DNA of 54,434 nt from Candidatus Methylomirabilota bacterium (lineage in GTDB: Bacteria; Methylomirabilota; Methylomirabilia; Rokubacteriales; DASRDR01). Numbering within the stretch: the first letter of the stretch is position 1; each line of letters starts with the position of its first letter. The DNA is taken from NCBI GenBank assembly GCA_036001225.1, contig DASYUM010000130.1, forward strand, positions 1 to 54,434. The letters are read 5' to 3'. The notes below the pieces were generated by a model, which was not told the DNA's origin, did not search any database, and was given only the letters and a program-made list of their open reading frames with translations. The position numbers were made by a program, and so were the translations under genes. Positions 21,985 to 32,265 of this stretch are shown in pieces.

Positions 21985-23247
21985 TCAGGTCCCGTGAGTC
22001 CAGGAGCTGAGGTAGCTCTGCTGCGCCGGCGTGAGCGCGTCGATCTCCACGCCCATCGAGGCGAGCTTCAGCCGGGCGATGGCGCGGTCGATGTCGGCGG
22101 GCACGCGGTGGACGCGGCGCTCCAGCCGGCCCTGCTCCCGGACCAGGTACTCGACCGAGAGGGCCTGATTGGCGAACGACATGTCCATCACCGCCGCCGG
22201 GTGCCCCTCGGCGGCGGCGAGATTGATCAAGCGGCCTTCGCCCAGCACGTAGAGCCGGCGCCCGTCCTTCTGAGTGAACTCTTCCACGAGCGGGCGGACC
22301 GTGCGGCGCGACGCCGACACGCGCTCCAGCCCCTCGAGGTCGATCTCGACGTTGAAGTGGCCCGAGTTGGCCAGGATCGCGCCGTCCTTCATCCGGGCGA
22401 AGTGCTCGGTGCGGATGATGCTGGTGTTCCCGGTCACCGTGATGAAGACGTCGGCCTCCGCCGCCGCCTGCCCCATCGGCACGACCTGGAAGCCCTCCAT
22501 GACCGCCTCCAGCGCGCGCAGGGGATCGACCTCGGTCACCAGTACCCGCGCCCCCATGCCGTGGGCCCGCGCCGCCAGTCCGCGGCCACACATCCCGTAG
22601 CCGGCCACCGCCACCACCCGCCCCGCCAGGAGAATGTTGGTGGCCCGCAGGATCCCGTCCAGCGTGGACTGCCCGGTCCCGTAGCGGTTGTCGAAGAGGT
22701 GCTTGGTGTCGGCATCGTTGACGGCGATGATCGGGAAGGCGAGCACCCCTTCCCGCTCCATGGCTCGGAGTCGCATCACGCCGGTCGTCGTCTCCTCGGT
22801 GCCCCCGACGACGTGGCCGGCGAGGTCGCGCCGGTCGCCATGGAGGGTGGAGATGAGGTCGGCGCCGTCATCCATGGTGACCTGCGGCGTGGTGGCCAGC
22901 ACGGCCTGGATGTGCCGGTAGTAGCGGTCGTGGTCTTCGCCCTTCTGGGCGAAGACCGGGATGCCATGGTCGCGGACCAGCGCCGCCGCCACCTCGTCCT
23001 GGGTGGAGAGGGGGTTGGAGGCGCAGAGGGCGACGGCGGCCCCGCCGGCCCTGAGGGTCAGCATGAGGACGGCGGTCTCCGTCGTCACGTGGAGGCAGGC
23101 GCCGACCCGGGTGCCGCGCAGCGGCTGCTCGCGGGCGAAGCGCTCCCGGACCTGGCGGAGGACCGGCATGGCCAGCTCCGCCCACTCGATGCGCTGCTGG
23201 CCGGCCGGGGCCAAGCCGAGCTCTTTCACGTCGTGTTGCGTGGTCAC
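21985..23247 (-). CDS. ahcY: adenosylhomocysteinase
   Basis: Full-length SahH with its NAD-binding domain (GYGMCGRG). GTG start. Confidence 0.9.
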   Translation of the reverse strand: MTTQHDVKELGLAPAGQQRIEWAELAMPVLRQVRERFAREQPLRGTRVGACLHVTTETAVLMLTLRAGGAAVALCASNPLSTQDEVAAALVRDHGIPVFAQKGEDHDRYYRHIQAVLATTPQVTMDDGADLISTLHGDRRDLAGHVVGGTEETTTGVMRLRAMEREGVLAFPIIAVNDADTKHLFDNRYGTGQSTLDGILRATNILLAGRVVAVAGYGMCGRGLAARAHGMGARVLVTEVDPLRALEAVMEGFQVVPMGQAAAEADVFITVTGNTSIIRTEHFARMKDGAILANSGHFNVEIDLEGLERVSASRRTVRPLVEEFTQKDGRRLYVLGEGRLINLAAAEGHPAAVMDMSFANQALSVEYLVREQGRLERRVHRVPADIDRAIARLKLASMGVEIDALTPAQQSYLSSWTHGT

Positions 23248-23259
23248 GGTCGTATCCCT
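23209..23259. repeat. 51-bp exact direct repeat, copy 1 (ahcY codons 1-13 plus RBS)
   Basis: ggccaagccgagctctttcacgtcgtgttgcgtggtcacggtcgtatccct is identical to 23394-23444. Confidence 0.85.
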
Positions 23260-23295
23260 CTTCTCTCAACCTACCGGCCGGGCCGAGAACCGAGC

Positions 23296-23400
23296 AGCCC
23301 TAGGACGCAGGGAGGAGGCGCGCCGAGGCGTATGCCGCATACGTTGAGGCGGGCCGACGACCGAGGACGACGGGATGCGACGGTTATCGGGCCGGCCAAG
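23296..23400 (+). repeat. ~100-bp R-element copy R1 with a palindromic core
   Basis: About 80% identical to the xerD–polyA-polymerase intergenic region at 37965-38070 in reverse orientation. Core gcgtatgccgcatacgt at 23328-23344. Confidence 0.7.
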
Positions 23401-23444
23401 CCGAGCTCTTTCACGTCGTGTTGCGTGGTCACGGTCGTATCCCT
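23394..23444. repeat. 51-bp exact direct repeat, copy 2
   Basis: Identical to 23209-23259. It lies 185 bp further upstream of ahcY and 34 nt after the metK stop. Confidence 0.85.
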
Positions 23445-23478
23445 TCTCCCAGCCGAGGTGCGGGCGGCGGGTCCGCCG

Positions 23479-24630
23479 CTACAGCCCGACGTCCTCGCGG
23501 AGGTCCTTCACTCGGTCGGTGCGCTCCCAGGTGAACTCGGGTTCGCTCCGACCGAAGTGGCCGTAGGCGGCGGTCTTGCGGAAGACGGGACGGCGAAGCT
23601 CCAGGTACTTGATGATGCCGACCGGGGTGAAATCGAAGTGCCGCCGGATCATCTGCTCGAGCTTGGCGGTCGGGACCTTGCCGGTCCCGAACGTCTCCAC
23701 CATGATCGAGACGGGATCGGCCACGCCGATCGCGTAGGCGACCTGCACCATGCAGCGCTCGGCCAGGCCGGCGGCCACGATGTTCTTCGCCACGTGCCGC
23801 GCCATGTAGGAGGCCGAGCGGTCCACCTTGGTCGGGTCCTTGCCCGAGAAGGCGCCGCCCCCGTGGGGGCAGGAGCCGCCGTAGGTGTCCACGATGATCT
23901 TCCGTCCGGTGAGTCCAGTGTCGCCCTGGGGGCCGCCGATGACGAACCGTCCGGTCGGGTTGATGTGGTAGACGATCCGCTTCTCGTCCAGCATCGCGGC
24001 GGGAATCGTCGGCTTCACCACGTGCTCGATGATCTCGGCCCGCAGCTGCTCGAGCGCGATCTCGGGGCTGTGCTGGGCGGAGATGACCACCGTCTCGACC
24101 CGGACCGGCTTCCCGTCCACGTAGCGCACACTGACCTGGGACTTCCCGTCCGGCCGGAGGTAGGGCAGCGTGCCCTCCCGGCGGACGTGGGCCAGGCGGC
24201 GAACCAGGGCGTGGGCGATCGAGATGGGGGCCGGCATCAGCTCCGGGGTCTCGGTGCAGGCGTAGCCGAACATGAGCCCCTGGTCGCCCGCCCCCAGCCG
24301 GTCCACGCCCATCGCGATGTCCGGCGACTGCTCGTCGATGGAGACGATGACGCCACACGTCTCGTAGTCGAAGCCGTACTTGGCCCGGGTGTAGCCGACG
24401 CCCTTGATCGTCTCCCGCGCGATGCGGGCGATATCCACGTAGCAGGAGGTGGTGATTTCCCCGGCGACGATGACCAGCCCGGTGGTCAGGAGGCACTCGC
24501 ACGCCACCCGCCCGGTGGGGTCCTGCTCCATGATCGCGTCCAGCACGGCATCGGAGATCTGGTCCGCGATCTTGTCCGGATGGCCCTCGGTGACCGACTC
24601 CGAGGTGAACAGGTACTCGTCGTGCGCCAT
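23479..24630 (-). CDS. metK: S-adenosylmethionine synthetase
   Basis: [33 protein letters not shown]. Start at the internal ATG 24630 ([13 protein letters not shown]) with a GAGGAA RBS. Confidence 0.9.
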   Translation of the reverse strand: MAHDEYLFTSESVTEGHPDKIADQISDAVLDAIMEQDPTGRVACECLLTTGLVIVAGEITTSCYVDIARIARETIKGVGYTRAKYGFDYETCGVIVSIDEQSPDIAMGVDRLGAGDQGLMFGYACTETPELMPAPISIAHALVRRLAHVRREGTLPYLRPDGKSQVSVRYVDGKPVRVETVVISAQHSPEIALEQLRAEIIEHVVKPTIPAAMLDEKRIVYHINPTGRFVIGGPQGDTGLTGRKIIVDTYGGSCPHGGGAFSGKDPTKVDRSASYMARHVAKNIVAAGLAERCMVQVAYAIGVADPVSIMVETFGTGKVPTAKLEQMIRRHFDFTPVGIIKYLELRRPVFRKTAAYGHFGRSEPEFTWERTDRVKDLREDVGL

Positions 24631-24694
24631 CGCCGCTTCCTCGCTTTCCCGGATGGGTACGATCGCGCGCGCCGGTGGACGCCGCAATCGGGGT

Positions 24695-24724
24695 ACTTTA
24701 GCACGAGCTCCCGACGCCGCTCAA
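24695..24724 (-). promoter_or_regulatory. sigma70-like promoter for metK (TTGAGC-18-TAAAGT)
   Basis: Minus strand reads TTGAGCggcgtcgggagctcgtgcTAAAGT. The -35 is formed at the boundary of the R2 repeat. Confidence 0.45.
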
Positions 24725-24780
24725 GTTGAGGCGGGCCGGGCGCCGAGGACGAGCCGGGGCGACGGGGTATCGGGCCGGGC
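24700..24780 (+). repeat. partial R-element copy R2
   Basis: gttgaggcgggcc...cgccgaggacga...ggggcgacggggtatcgggccgg aligns with the 3' half of R1. It lacks the palindrome core. Confidence 0.55.
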
Positions 24781-25161
24781 TCACGGCTGGCTGGTCCCCT
24801 CGCGGCCGTAGAGATCGCGGAGCCGGACCACGTCGTCCAGTTCGGGGGTCGAGACCTCGAGGACGTCGGTGTCCTCGAGACCCTCGATGGTGTGGATCTC
24901 GCCCGGCCGGTTCCGCCAGACCTGCCCCGCCCCGATCTCGGTCACCGTCAGTTGGTCCACGCTGGGACCCTTGGTGAGGAGGAGGCGACCCTTCAGCAGG
25001 TAGCTCGTCTCGTCCTTCTGGTGATGGTACTGGAGGGAGAGCTTCCCCCCGCGCTTGACGTGCAGGATCTTGCCGACGTACCGGTCCGTCCACGCGTACC
25101 AGATCTCGTAGCCCCACGGCTTGTCGATCCGGACCGGCAGCTCCTCCGGCCTGACGTTCAT
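24781..25161 (-). CDS. cupin-domain protein (mannose-6-phosphate isomerase type II C-terminal-like)
   Basis: KPWGYEIWYA...LSLQYHHQKDETSYLL cupin motif. Start at the internal ATG, which overlaps the GH57 stop (ATGA). Confidence 0.65.
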   Translation of the reverse strand: MNVRPEELPVRIDKPWGYEIWYAWTDRYVGKILHVKRGGKLSLQYHHQKDETSYLLKGRLLLTKGPSVDQLTVTEIGAGQVWRNRPGEIHTIEGLEDTDVLEVSTPELDDVVRLRDLYGREGTSQP

Positions 25162-27251
25162 GCTCGCCGCTCGTGGCGCACGAGCGTGAGACCGATCTGC
25201 CCGGTCCACGCCTCGGGCCCCAGTGCCACCGGCCACCGCACGGTCACCTCCACGCCCTGCCACACGCGCTCGAGACCGGCCTCGGAGAGCGACACCGTGT
25301 AGACGGGGCCCCAGGTGACGGCGGCCCGCGGGCGCCACTCGAGCCGCGCGGTCAGCCCGAGCCAGTCGTCCACGAGCTCGAGCCTCGCCCCCTCGCGCTC
25401 GCCGGCCTCCTCCAGCGACCCGGCGGCGCCCTCCTCGGTCCGGGCGTAGCGGCCGCCGGCCGGTCCGGTCAGCGTGAGGTTCCAGCGCACCGCAAACGCC
25501 GCCGCCAACAGCCGCGAGGCCCGCAGCGCGTAGCCGACGCCGAGGGCGTCGGCGCCGGCCCGGACCTCCAGCGTCTTGGTCAGCCCGACCTCGGCGTCCG
25601 GGAGCCAGCCCGCGGTCTGGAGCTCCACCACGACCCCGTCACCCCGGGTGGCCACGGCCGCGCCGTACCGCCGACCGGCGAAGGCGATCCAGGCCCGGTC
25701 CAGGTCCGCGGGAACCGACGCGTCCGGCGCCAGCAGGTAGTCCTGGAGGCTGGCCCGCCGGTGGGCGTCGTAGGTGAGGAGCCGTCCGAGCCCCGGCTCC
25801 TTCACCAGCCAGCGGTCATGGATCGTCCGCACCTGGGCCTCCCCGTCATGGGTCGGCTCGGCCTCGGCGAGGCGCAAGTGCGCGCTCTCGGGCCGGCGGG
25901 TCAGGACGTCGGCCAGGTCGAAGGCGAGCGGTCGATAGGCCAGCTCGGTGACGGTGCCCCCGGCCGCGGGCCGGACCAGGAGGCTCAGCCGGTCCGAGCG
26001 GACGGCGATCTCGCTGGCCCCGTCGCCGTCGAAGTCGCCGGTCTCGTGCGCGACGCCACCGGCCGACTCGTGCCGATCCAGTGCCGCTTCGGCCGTGAGC
26101 AGCGCGCTCCGGATCGCCCGGCGGAGGTGCGGGAGGTACACCCCGCCGAAGATGCCGTGCCAGTAGGCGTCGTTGCATTGCCCCCGCCAGAGGGCGTCCC
26201 GGGCGGCCAGGAGCGCCGGGTCATCCGGGCACCGGGCCAGCGCGGCCGCCAGTCGGCGGCTGACCCGGAGCATCTTCCGGTAGTTGTCGTTCACTTCGGG
26301 ATAGCGCACGAGGAAGTTTCGCCAGAACCCGCCCCGCAGCAGCCGACCGGCGGCGGCACCGGCGACACCCTCGAGGGTGTTCCGCGTCCGCTCCAGCTCG
26401 GCCGCCGCCTCCGGCGGCAGCACCCACTCCGTCATCTCGCGGTAGCTCGTGGTCGGCAGGTAGACCCGCCCGGCCGGAGGCTCGCGGTCCAGATACTCGG
26501 CCGCCGTGGCCAGCTCGAGCCCCGGCAGTTGCTGGAGGCCGTCGAAGAACGCCTCCAGCCAGCCTTGCTCGTAGACGAGCTGGTGGGTGCCGGGCCAGAT
26601 CCCGAACTTTTCACCGTCGTCCACCATCGTCAGGGCGCCGCCGGCCGCCGCTCGCTCGCCGAGGAAGCCCAGTACCTCGGGCAGCGGTCGGAACGGGATC
26701 AGGTAGCGGAGCCGCTGGTTGATCGGGAACACGGCCAGGGGGTGCCCCTGCTCCTCGGTCAGGTAATAGCCGGACAGGCGCTCGGGGTCGAGGCCGGCCA
26801 TCGCGAAGTGGTGGTCGTCCACCAGGACGTATTCCACGCCCGCTTCGGCGAGCGGCCGGGCCAGGTGCGGCTCCCAGACCCGCTCGGCCAGCCACATCCC
26901 CCGCGGGCGCACCCCCAGCCGCTTGGCCAGCCGCTCGGTCAGCGCCCGGATCTGACCGACCTTGTCGTGGTCGGGGAGGAGCGGAAGGATCGGCTCGGTG
27001 AGCCCACCGGTCAGGGGCTCGATCTGGCCCCGGCCGGCCAGCTCGCCGAGGAGGTCGAGGAGATCGGGAGCGTGCGCCTCCCACCAGTCGAGGAGCAGCC
27101 CGGAGGTATGGACGAGGGTGCGGACCGCGGGGAAGCGGCGGAGGGTGTGGAAGAACGGGCGGTAGGCGCGAGCCACGGCCTCCGCGATGACCTCGTCGAA
27201 GTTGCCGAGCGGCTGGTGGTTGTGAACGCCGAAGATGAGGGTCAGGGCCAC
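25158..27251 (-). CDS. glycoside hydrolase family 57 protein (alpha-glucan-active)
   Basis: N-terminal FGVHNHQPLGNF...WLAERVW, the typical GH57 catalytic region. 697 aa. Confidence 0.8.
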   Translation of the reverse strand: MALTLIFGVHNHQPLGNFDEVIAEAVARAYRPFFHTLRRFPAVRTLVHTSGLLLDWWEAHAPDLLDLLGELAGRGQIEPLTGGLTEPILPLLPDHDKVGQIRALTERLAKRLGVRPRGMWLAERVWEPHLARPLAEAGVEYVLVDDHHFAMAGLDPERLSGYYLTEEQGHPLAVFPINQRLRYLIPFRPLPEVLGFLGERAAAGGALTMVDDGEKFGIWPGTHQLVYEQGWLEAFFDGLQQLPGLELATAAEYLDREPPAGRVYLPTTSYREMTEWVLPPEAAAELERTRNTLEGVAGAAAGRLLRGGFWRNFLVRYPEVNDNYRKMLRVSRRLAAALARCPDDPALLAARDALWRGQCNDAYWHGIFGGVYLPHLRRAIRSALLTAEAALDRHESAGGVAHETGDFDGDGASEIAVRSDRLSLLVRPAAGGTVTELAYRPLAFDLADVLTRRPESAHLRLAEAEPTHDGEAQVRTIHDRWLVKEPGLGRLLTYDAHRRASLQDYLLAPDASVPADLDRAWIAFAGRRYGAAVATRGDGVVVELQTAGWLPDAEVGLTKTLEVRAGADALGVGYALRASRLLAAAFAVRWNLTLTGPAGGRYARTEEGAAGSLEEAGEREGARLELVDDWLGLTARLEWRPRAAVTWGPVYTVSLSEAGLERVWQGVEVTVRWPVALGPEAWTGQIGLTLVRHERRA

Positions 27252-27311
27252 GTCCCGATGGTATCAGAGAATCCGCTCCCCCTCCCGCGATGGAGAGCGG
27301 GCAGACCCCTG

Positions 27312-28214
27312 TCAGCCCTCGCGGTCGACGTCGCGGTGCGTCACCCCCACCGGAAAGCCCTGACCCTCGACGAACTCGCGGAGCTCCTCGACGAGCGCGA
27401 CCGAGCGGTGGCGGCCGCCGGTGCAGCCGACGGCGATCGTGAGGTGGGCCTTCCCTTCCCGCTGATAGCGGGGCAGCAGGTAGCCGAGCAGCTCGCGCAG
27501 GCGGGTCAGCAGCTCCCGGCCCTCGCCCTCGGCGAAGACGAACCGGCGCACGTCGGGCGCCCGGCCGTCGAGGGTCTTCAGCCCGTCCACGAAGAACGGA
27601 TTGGGGAGGAACCGGCAGTCGAGCACGAGGTCGGCGTCGTAGGGGATGCCGTACTTGTAGCCGAAGGAGACGAGGGCCACGTGGAGACCGAGCCGTGGCT
27701 CCTGCTCGCCGTAGAGCTCGACGAGCGTCTGCTTGAGCTGGTGGACCGTGATGTGCGTGGTGTCGATCACCTGATCGGCCAGCTCCCGCAGCTGGGCCAG
27801 CAGTTCCCGCTCGGCCCGGATCCCCTCCAGCAAGGTCGCGCTGAGGGGGTGGCGGCGGCGGGTCTCGTGGTAGCGTCGGACCAGGGTCTCCTCCGAGGCC
27901 TCCAGGAAGAGGACTTCGGTCGCATAGCCGCGGCTACGAAGCTGGGTCAGGACCTCGGCGATCGGCTTGAGGTACTCGCCGGCCCGGACGTCCACTCCGA
28001 GCGCGATCCGCCGGATGCGCCGGGTCGAGTGTACGCACAGCTCGGCGAAGGTGGGGATCAGCGTGGCGGGAAGGTTGTCCACGCAGTAGTAGCCCATGTC
28101 CTCGAAGCACTTGATGGCATAACTCTTCCCCGCCCCCGAGAGCCCGGTGATGATGATGAGACGGAGCCGGCCGGTCTCTTCCGGCCCCGGGGCGGACGGG
28201 GACTCACCGGCCAC
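27312..28214 (-). CDS. rapZ: RNase adaptor protein RapZ (YhbJ; P-loop NTPase)
   Basis: LIIITGLSGAGKS Walker A, and C-terminal GCTGGRHRS. GTG start 8 nt after the hpf stop. The ORF-track N-extension is antisense noise. Confidence 0.85.
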   Translation of the reverse strand: MAGESPSAPGPEETGRLRLIIITGLSGAGKSYAIKCFEDMGYYCVDNLPATLIPTFAELCVHSTRRIRRIALGVDVRAGEYLKPIAEVLTQLRSRGYATEVLFLEASEETLVRRYHETRRRHPLSATLLEGIRAERELLAQLRELADQVIDTTHITVHQLKQTLVELYGEQEPRLGLHVALVSFGYKYGIPYDADLVLDCRFLPNPFFVDGLKTLDGRAPDVRRFVFAEGEGRELLTRLRELLGYLLPRYQREGKAHLTIAVGCTGGRHRSVALVEELREFVEGQGFPVGVTHRDVDREG

Positions 28215-28743
28215 TGGCGCCGCTCGGCTGGACGAGTTCGAGCTGCCCGTCCGGCCGTCGCCGGAGGACGTTGACCACTCGGCTCTTCGCGTTGGTGAAG
28301 ACCAGGAAGCCGTCGGACCGGAGGCGCATCTGCTCGACCGCCTCGTCGACCGACATGGGCTTGATGTCGAGCCGACGGATGATGACGTCGCCAGCGGGGG
28401 GCGCCGCCTCCTCGACCGGGCCGACGTCGCGCAGCGGGCGGCGGGACAGTCGGGGTTTGCGCGCGCGGATCCGGTCCTTTCGGCGGCGGACTTGCTGCTC
28501 GAGGTGTTCGATGGCCAGGTCAACCGCCGCGTGAAAGTCGCCGGCCGCCGCCTCGGCGTGGAGCGTCGCTCCCTTGGCCGACAACGTCACCTCGGCCAGG
28601 TGGCGGTGGCGCTCCCGGCCCAGGACGACCCGGGTCTCGGTGATCTTGGGCAGGAACCGGGCGACTTTGCCCAGCTTGCTCTCGACCCGGCGCCGGATGG
28701 CCGGGGAGAGTCCGACGCCGTGGCCGCTGATGTGGATCTGCAT
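28204..28743 (-). CDS. hpf: ribosome hibernation-promoting factor, long form
   Basis: MQIHISGHGVGLSPAIRRRVESKLGK, the RaiA/sigma54-modulation fold, plus a C-terminal dimerisation extension. Confidence 0.85.
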   Translation of the reverse strand: MQIHISGHGVGLSPAIRRRVESKLGKVARFLPKITETRVVLGRERHRHLAEVTLSAKGATLHAEAAAGDFHAAVDLAIEHLEQQVRRRKDRIRARKPRLSRRPLRDVGPVEEAAPPAGDVIIRRLDIKPMSVDEAVEQMRLRSDGFLVFTNAKSRVVNVLRRRPDGQLELVQPSGASGR

Positions 28744-28757
28744 CCGCGGCCTCCGGC

Positions 28758-30203
28758 CTACGCGCGTTTACGGGTGGCCAGCTTCCGTTGGTGGGACGGC
28801 AGGATGCCCAGCTCCTCGCGGTACTTGGCGACGGTGCGCCGAGCGATGGAGAGTCCCCGCTGCTTGAGGGTGCGGGTGATCTCCTGGTCCGACAGCGGCT
28901 TCTGCTGATTCTCCTGGGCCACCAGGTCCTGGATCATCTTCTTCACGCTGATCGACGAGACCATGTCGCCGCGGCCGGTGGCGATGCCGCTGTGGAAGAA
29001 GAACTTCAGCTCGAAGAGGCCCTGGGGCGTCTGCACGTACTTGTTGGTGGTGACGCGGCTGACGGTGGACTCGTGCATCCCGATGTCCTCGGCCACGTCG
29101 CGGAGGGAAAGCGGCCGCAGCTGGGGGAGCCCGTGTTCGAGGAACTCCTTCTGGAACTTCACGATCGAGTCGGTCACCCGGTAGAGCGTCCGCTGGCGCT
29201 GGTGCACGCTCTTGATCAGCCAGATCGCCGATCGTAGCCGGTCCTCGACATAGCGGCGGGCCTCGTCGCTCTGGCCCCGGACGAGCATGCTCCGGTAGTA
29301 GGGGTTGATCCGCAGCCGGGGGATGCCGTCGTCGTTGAGCACGATCGCGTAGCCGTCCTCGGTCTTGTGGACGTGGACGTCGGGCACCACGTAGCGGGTG
29401 TCGGAGGGGGCGAAGCGGCGGCCCGGCTTCGGCTCCAGGCCGGCGATCTCCTCGACGGCTTCCTGGATCCGGTCGGGGTCGCGCTTGAGCGCCCGCGCGA
29501 TCTCGGCGTACTTGCAGCGCTGGAACGCCTCGAATTGGCTCTCCAGGATCTCGACGGCCAGCGGGTCGGGCCCCTCCTGCTGGCGGAGCTGGATGAGGAG
29601 GCACTCCCGGAGGTCGCGGGCAGCCACCCCCGGCGGATCGAAGGTCTGGACGAGGGCGAGCGCGGCCTCGAAGGTGCCCAACGGCAGGCTCGTCTTCTCG
29701 GCCATCTCGGCCAGGGTGGCGCGCAGGTACCCGTCCTCGTCCAGGTTGCCGATGATCTCCTCGCCCGCCTTCTGCACCTCGGGCTCGGCCACCGACAGTC
29801 GGAGCTGATCGTAGAGGTGATCGGCCAGCGATGTCGTGGTGCCGACGAAGTTCTCGAAGCGCGTCTCCTCGTGCTCCTCCTGCTGGACGAGGGTTCGCTC
29901 CTCCGGCGGGCCGAACATGATCTCGGTGATGTCGAACGGCAGCTCGGGGGCCTCCACGGTTTCGGCGACCGCCGGGGCGTCGGGCGGCGTCACCTCGGCG
30001 GCCGGCTGGTCGGCCGGCGGCTCCGGGGCCGGGCCTTCCTCGGTGGGCGATTCCTCCAGCATCGGATTCTCGGTCAGCTCCTTCTGGAGGAGCTCCTGCA
30101 GCTCGATGGTGGAGAGCTGGAGGAGCTGGATCGCCTGCTGCAGCATCGGCGTCATGACCAGCCGCTGCGTCTGCCGGAGAGTGAGGCGAGCTTCCATGGC
30201 CAT
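28758..30203 (-). CDS. rpoN: RNA polymerase sigma-54 factor
   Basis: N-terminal region I rich in Gln/Leu, and a C-terminal RpoN box (ARRTVAKYRE). Confidence 0.9.
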   Translation of the reverse strand: MAMEARLTLRQTQRLVMTPMLQQAIQLLQLSTIELQELLQKELTENPMLEESPTEEGPAPEPPADQPAAEVTPPDAPAVAETVEAPELPFDITEIMFGPPEERTLVQQEEHEETRFENFVGTTTSLADHLYDQLRLSVAEPEVQKAGEEIIGNLDEDGYLRATLAEMAEKTSLPLGTFEAALALVQTFDPPGVAARDLRECLLIQLRQQEGPDPLAVEILESQFEAFQRCKYAEIARALKRDPDRIQEAVEEIAGLEPKPGRRFAPSDTRYVVPDVHVHKTEDGYAIVLNDDGIPRLRINPYYRSMLVRGQSDEARRYVEDRLRSAIWLIKSVHQRQRTLYRVTDSIVKFQKEFLEHGLPQLRPLSLRDVAEDIGMHESTVSRVTTNKYVQTPQGLFELKFFFHSGIATGRGDMVSSISVKKMIQDLVAQENQQKPLSDQEITRTLKQRGLSIARRTVAKYREELGILPSHQRKLATRKRA

Positions 30204-30253
30204 GGCGCGTCTCCTACCCGCTCAGCGCGCGAGCCATTGCGTGCCCGAGCGCC

Positions 30254-30973
30254 TCAGAGCGAGAACTTCTCACCGAGGTAGATCTCCCGGGCCCGCTCGT
30301 TGGTCGCGAGCTCCTTGGAGGTGCCCGAGACGAGGATCTGGCCGCCGTAGAGGATGTACGACCGATCGGTGATGGACAGCGTCTCCCGGACGTTGTGATC
30401 GGTGATCAGGACCCCGATCCCCTTCTGCTTGAGCCGGGAGATGATCTCCTGGATGTCGGCGATGGCGATGGGATCGATGCCCGTGAAGGGCTCGTCGAGG
30501 AGCAGGTAGCTGGGGGAGGTGATGAGGGCCCGGGTGATCTCCAGCCGCCGGCGCTCCCCGCCGGAGAGGGTGTAGGCGCGCTGCTTGGCCAGGCCTTCCA
30601 GCTGAAGCTCGCGCAGGAGCGCGATCAGGCGCTCCTCCCGTTCCCGGGCCGACAGCTCCAGCGTCTCCAGGATCGCCAACAGGTTGTCCTCCACCGTCAG
30701 TTTCCGAAAGACCGACGACTCCTGAGGCAGATAGCCGATGCCTCGCCGGGAGCGCCGGTACATCGGCAAGTTCGTGATGTCGGTCCCGTCCAGCAGGATC
30801 CGTCCCTGGTCCGGCTGGAGCAAGCCGACCACCATGTAGAACGTCGTCGTCTTGCCGGCCCCGTTGGGGCCCAACAGGCCGACAACCTCGCCCGGGTTGA
30901 TGACCAGGCTCACGTCGTCCACCACTCGGCGCTGCCAGAAGCTCTTCTGGAGCCCCTCCGCCTCGAGGCCCAT
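30254..30973 (-). CDS. lptB: LPS export ABC transporter ATP-binding protein
   Basis: GPNGAGKTT Walker [12 protein letters not shown] signature, [11 protein letters not shown] Walker B. Confidence 0.9.
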   Translation of the reverse strand: MGLEAEGLQKSFWQRRVVDDVSLVINPGEVVGLLGPNGAGKTTTFYMVVGLLQPDQGRILLDGTDITNLPMYRRSRRGIGYLPQESSVFRKLTVEDNLLAILETLELSAREREERLIALLRELQLEGLAKQRAYTLSGGERRRLEITRALITSPSYLLLDEPFTGIDPIAIADIQEIISRLKQKGIGVLITDHNVRETLSITDRSYILYGGQILVSGTSKELATNERAREIYLGEKFSL

Positions 30974-31004
30974 CAGCCCGCCGATCCGGCCGGGGCCGCC
31001 GCGC

Positions 31005-31640
31005 CTAGCCGCACGACGCCCGCTTCTCCTCCTTCTTGGCCGCCGGCGCGCCCGCCTCCGGCTTCGCCTCCTCGCGCTTCGGGTAGAACACCGACTTCAC
31101 CCGCTCCCGACTGCCGCCCTTGACCGTGCTCCGGTCCTCGGCGAGAAGGATCTCGATCTCCTCGCCCGTCACCACGTTCTCCTCCTGCCAGACCTTGGCG
31201 TCGCCGATCAGGAGGAGCCGCTGCTCGTCGTCGTAGTACTCGGCCCGACGGGCGGTGCCAGTCCGGCAGTCCTCGGTGACGATCTTCACGTTACCGGTGG
31301 AGACGATCCGCAGGACGCGCTCCCCCTTGTCGTCGAGGTAGACCTCCATGCGGTCGGCCGTCTGAGTCGAGTTGTCCTGCTTGGCGACCACGTTGCCGGT
31401 GAAGATGACCAGCCCTTCCCGCTTCATCGCTTCCATCCGGTCGGCGTCGATGACGATCGGCGAGTTGGAGCGCTGGCCGGGCTTCCGCTCGCCCTTGGCG
31501 GCCGGGACCGATTTGCTTTCGGGCGCCTTGGGCGCGGCCTTCGGCGGCGCCGACGGCTTCGGCTGGGCGACGGCCAGCGGGGCGGCGCTCAGGCCCAGGC
31601 CGAGGATGGTCGCGGCGATGATGAGCCGGCGTTGCGTCAT
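31005..31640 (-). CDS. lptA: LPS transport periplasmic protein LptA (OstA-like)
   Basis: Signal peptide, then an OstA_N beta-jellyroll. Start at the internal ATG, which overlaps the lptC stop (ATGA). Confidence 0.75.
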   Translation of the reverse strand: MTQRRLIIAATILGLGLSAAPLAVAQPKPSAPPKAAPKAPESKSVPAAKGERKPGQRSNSPIVIDADRMEAMKREGLVIFTGNVVAKQDNSTQTADRMEVYLDDKGERVLRIVSTGNVKIVTEDCRTGTARRAEYYDDEQRLLLIGDAKVWQEENVVTGEEIEILLAEDRSTVKGGSRERVKSVFYPKREEAKPEAGAPAAKKEEKRASCG

Positions 31641-32221
31641 ATGCCACTCCGGGGGAACAGGGCCAGGTTCGCGTTGGCGCGATCCTCGATGACGACCCGC
31701 ACCTTTTTCTGGAGGACCGCCTCCTGCTCCTGCATCCGGACATCGAGTCCGCGGCCGGTGATGGTCGTGCCCGGTCGCGTGATCGTGACCGCCTGGTCCG
31801 TGTGGAGGTACCGCTCCTTGTTCTGCCAGACCAGCTGGGGGGTGGTGATCCGGAGGCCATCGTTCGACGTCACCACCACGTTCCCCTGCACCTCGACGTC
31901 GCGCTTGTCGTTGTCGAGCGTGCCCTCGTCGGCGGTCACCGTCCACACCGCCTCCCGGGAGAAGACTCGGACCACGACCTTCCGCATGACCGTGCGCTGC
32001 TCCTTGTCGAAGACGTCGGCCTGGTCGGCGTCGAGCGTCCAGCGGAGGTTCCCCTCGAGCGTCTCGTTGATGTGAATCTCGCGGATGCGATAGTCGGCGC
32101 CCGGCGCCGGCGGGGGCGGGGCCGACACGCGGCGAGCGCGCGCCTTCCACGCCACCATCCCGCCCAGCCCGACCAGGAGGGCGACGAAGCACACCAGGGC
32201 GATCGTCGAAGCGCGCCGCAT
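31637..32221 (-). CDS. lptC: LPS export system protein LptC
   Basis: Single N-terminal TM anchor plus an LptC fold. Sits directly upstream of lptA–lptB. Confidence 0.7.
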   Translation of the reverse strand: MRRASTIALVCFVALLVGLGGMVAWKARARRVSAPPPPAPGADYRIREIHINETLEGNLRWTLDADQADVFDKEQRTVMRKVVVRVFSREAVWTVTADEGTLDNDKRDVEVQGNVVVTSNDGLRITTPQLVWQNKERYLHTDQAVTITRPGTTITGRGLDVRMQEQEAVLQKKVRVVIEDRANANLALFPRSGI

Positions 32222-32265
32222 GATGCTGACAAAGTTACTTCAAATGAAGACCTGTTCGCACGCTA

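Noticed and set aside
23328-23344. The R-element palindrome interpreted as a chromosomal dif/XerCD site. One copy is adjacent to xerD.
   Set aside because: dif has two 11-bp arms separated by a 6-bp spacer, with a conserved GCATAATGTATATTATG-like core. This element is 8+1+8 with a different sequence and occurs in at least two copies. Its proximity to xerD is probably coincidental.
23248-23478. SAH or SAM riboswitch in the ahcY and metK leaders.
   Set aside because: I could not recognise the conserved SAH-riboswitch or SAM-II/SAM-V cores by eye. The shared sequence also occurs upstream of an unrelated polyA-polymerase gene. Only an Rfam or Infernal scan would exclude it.
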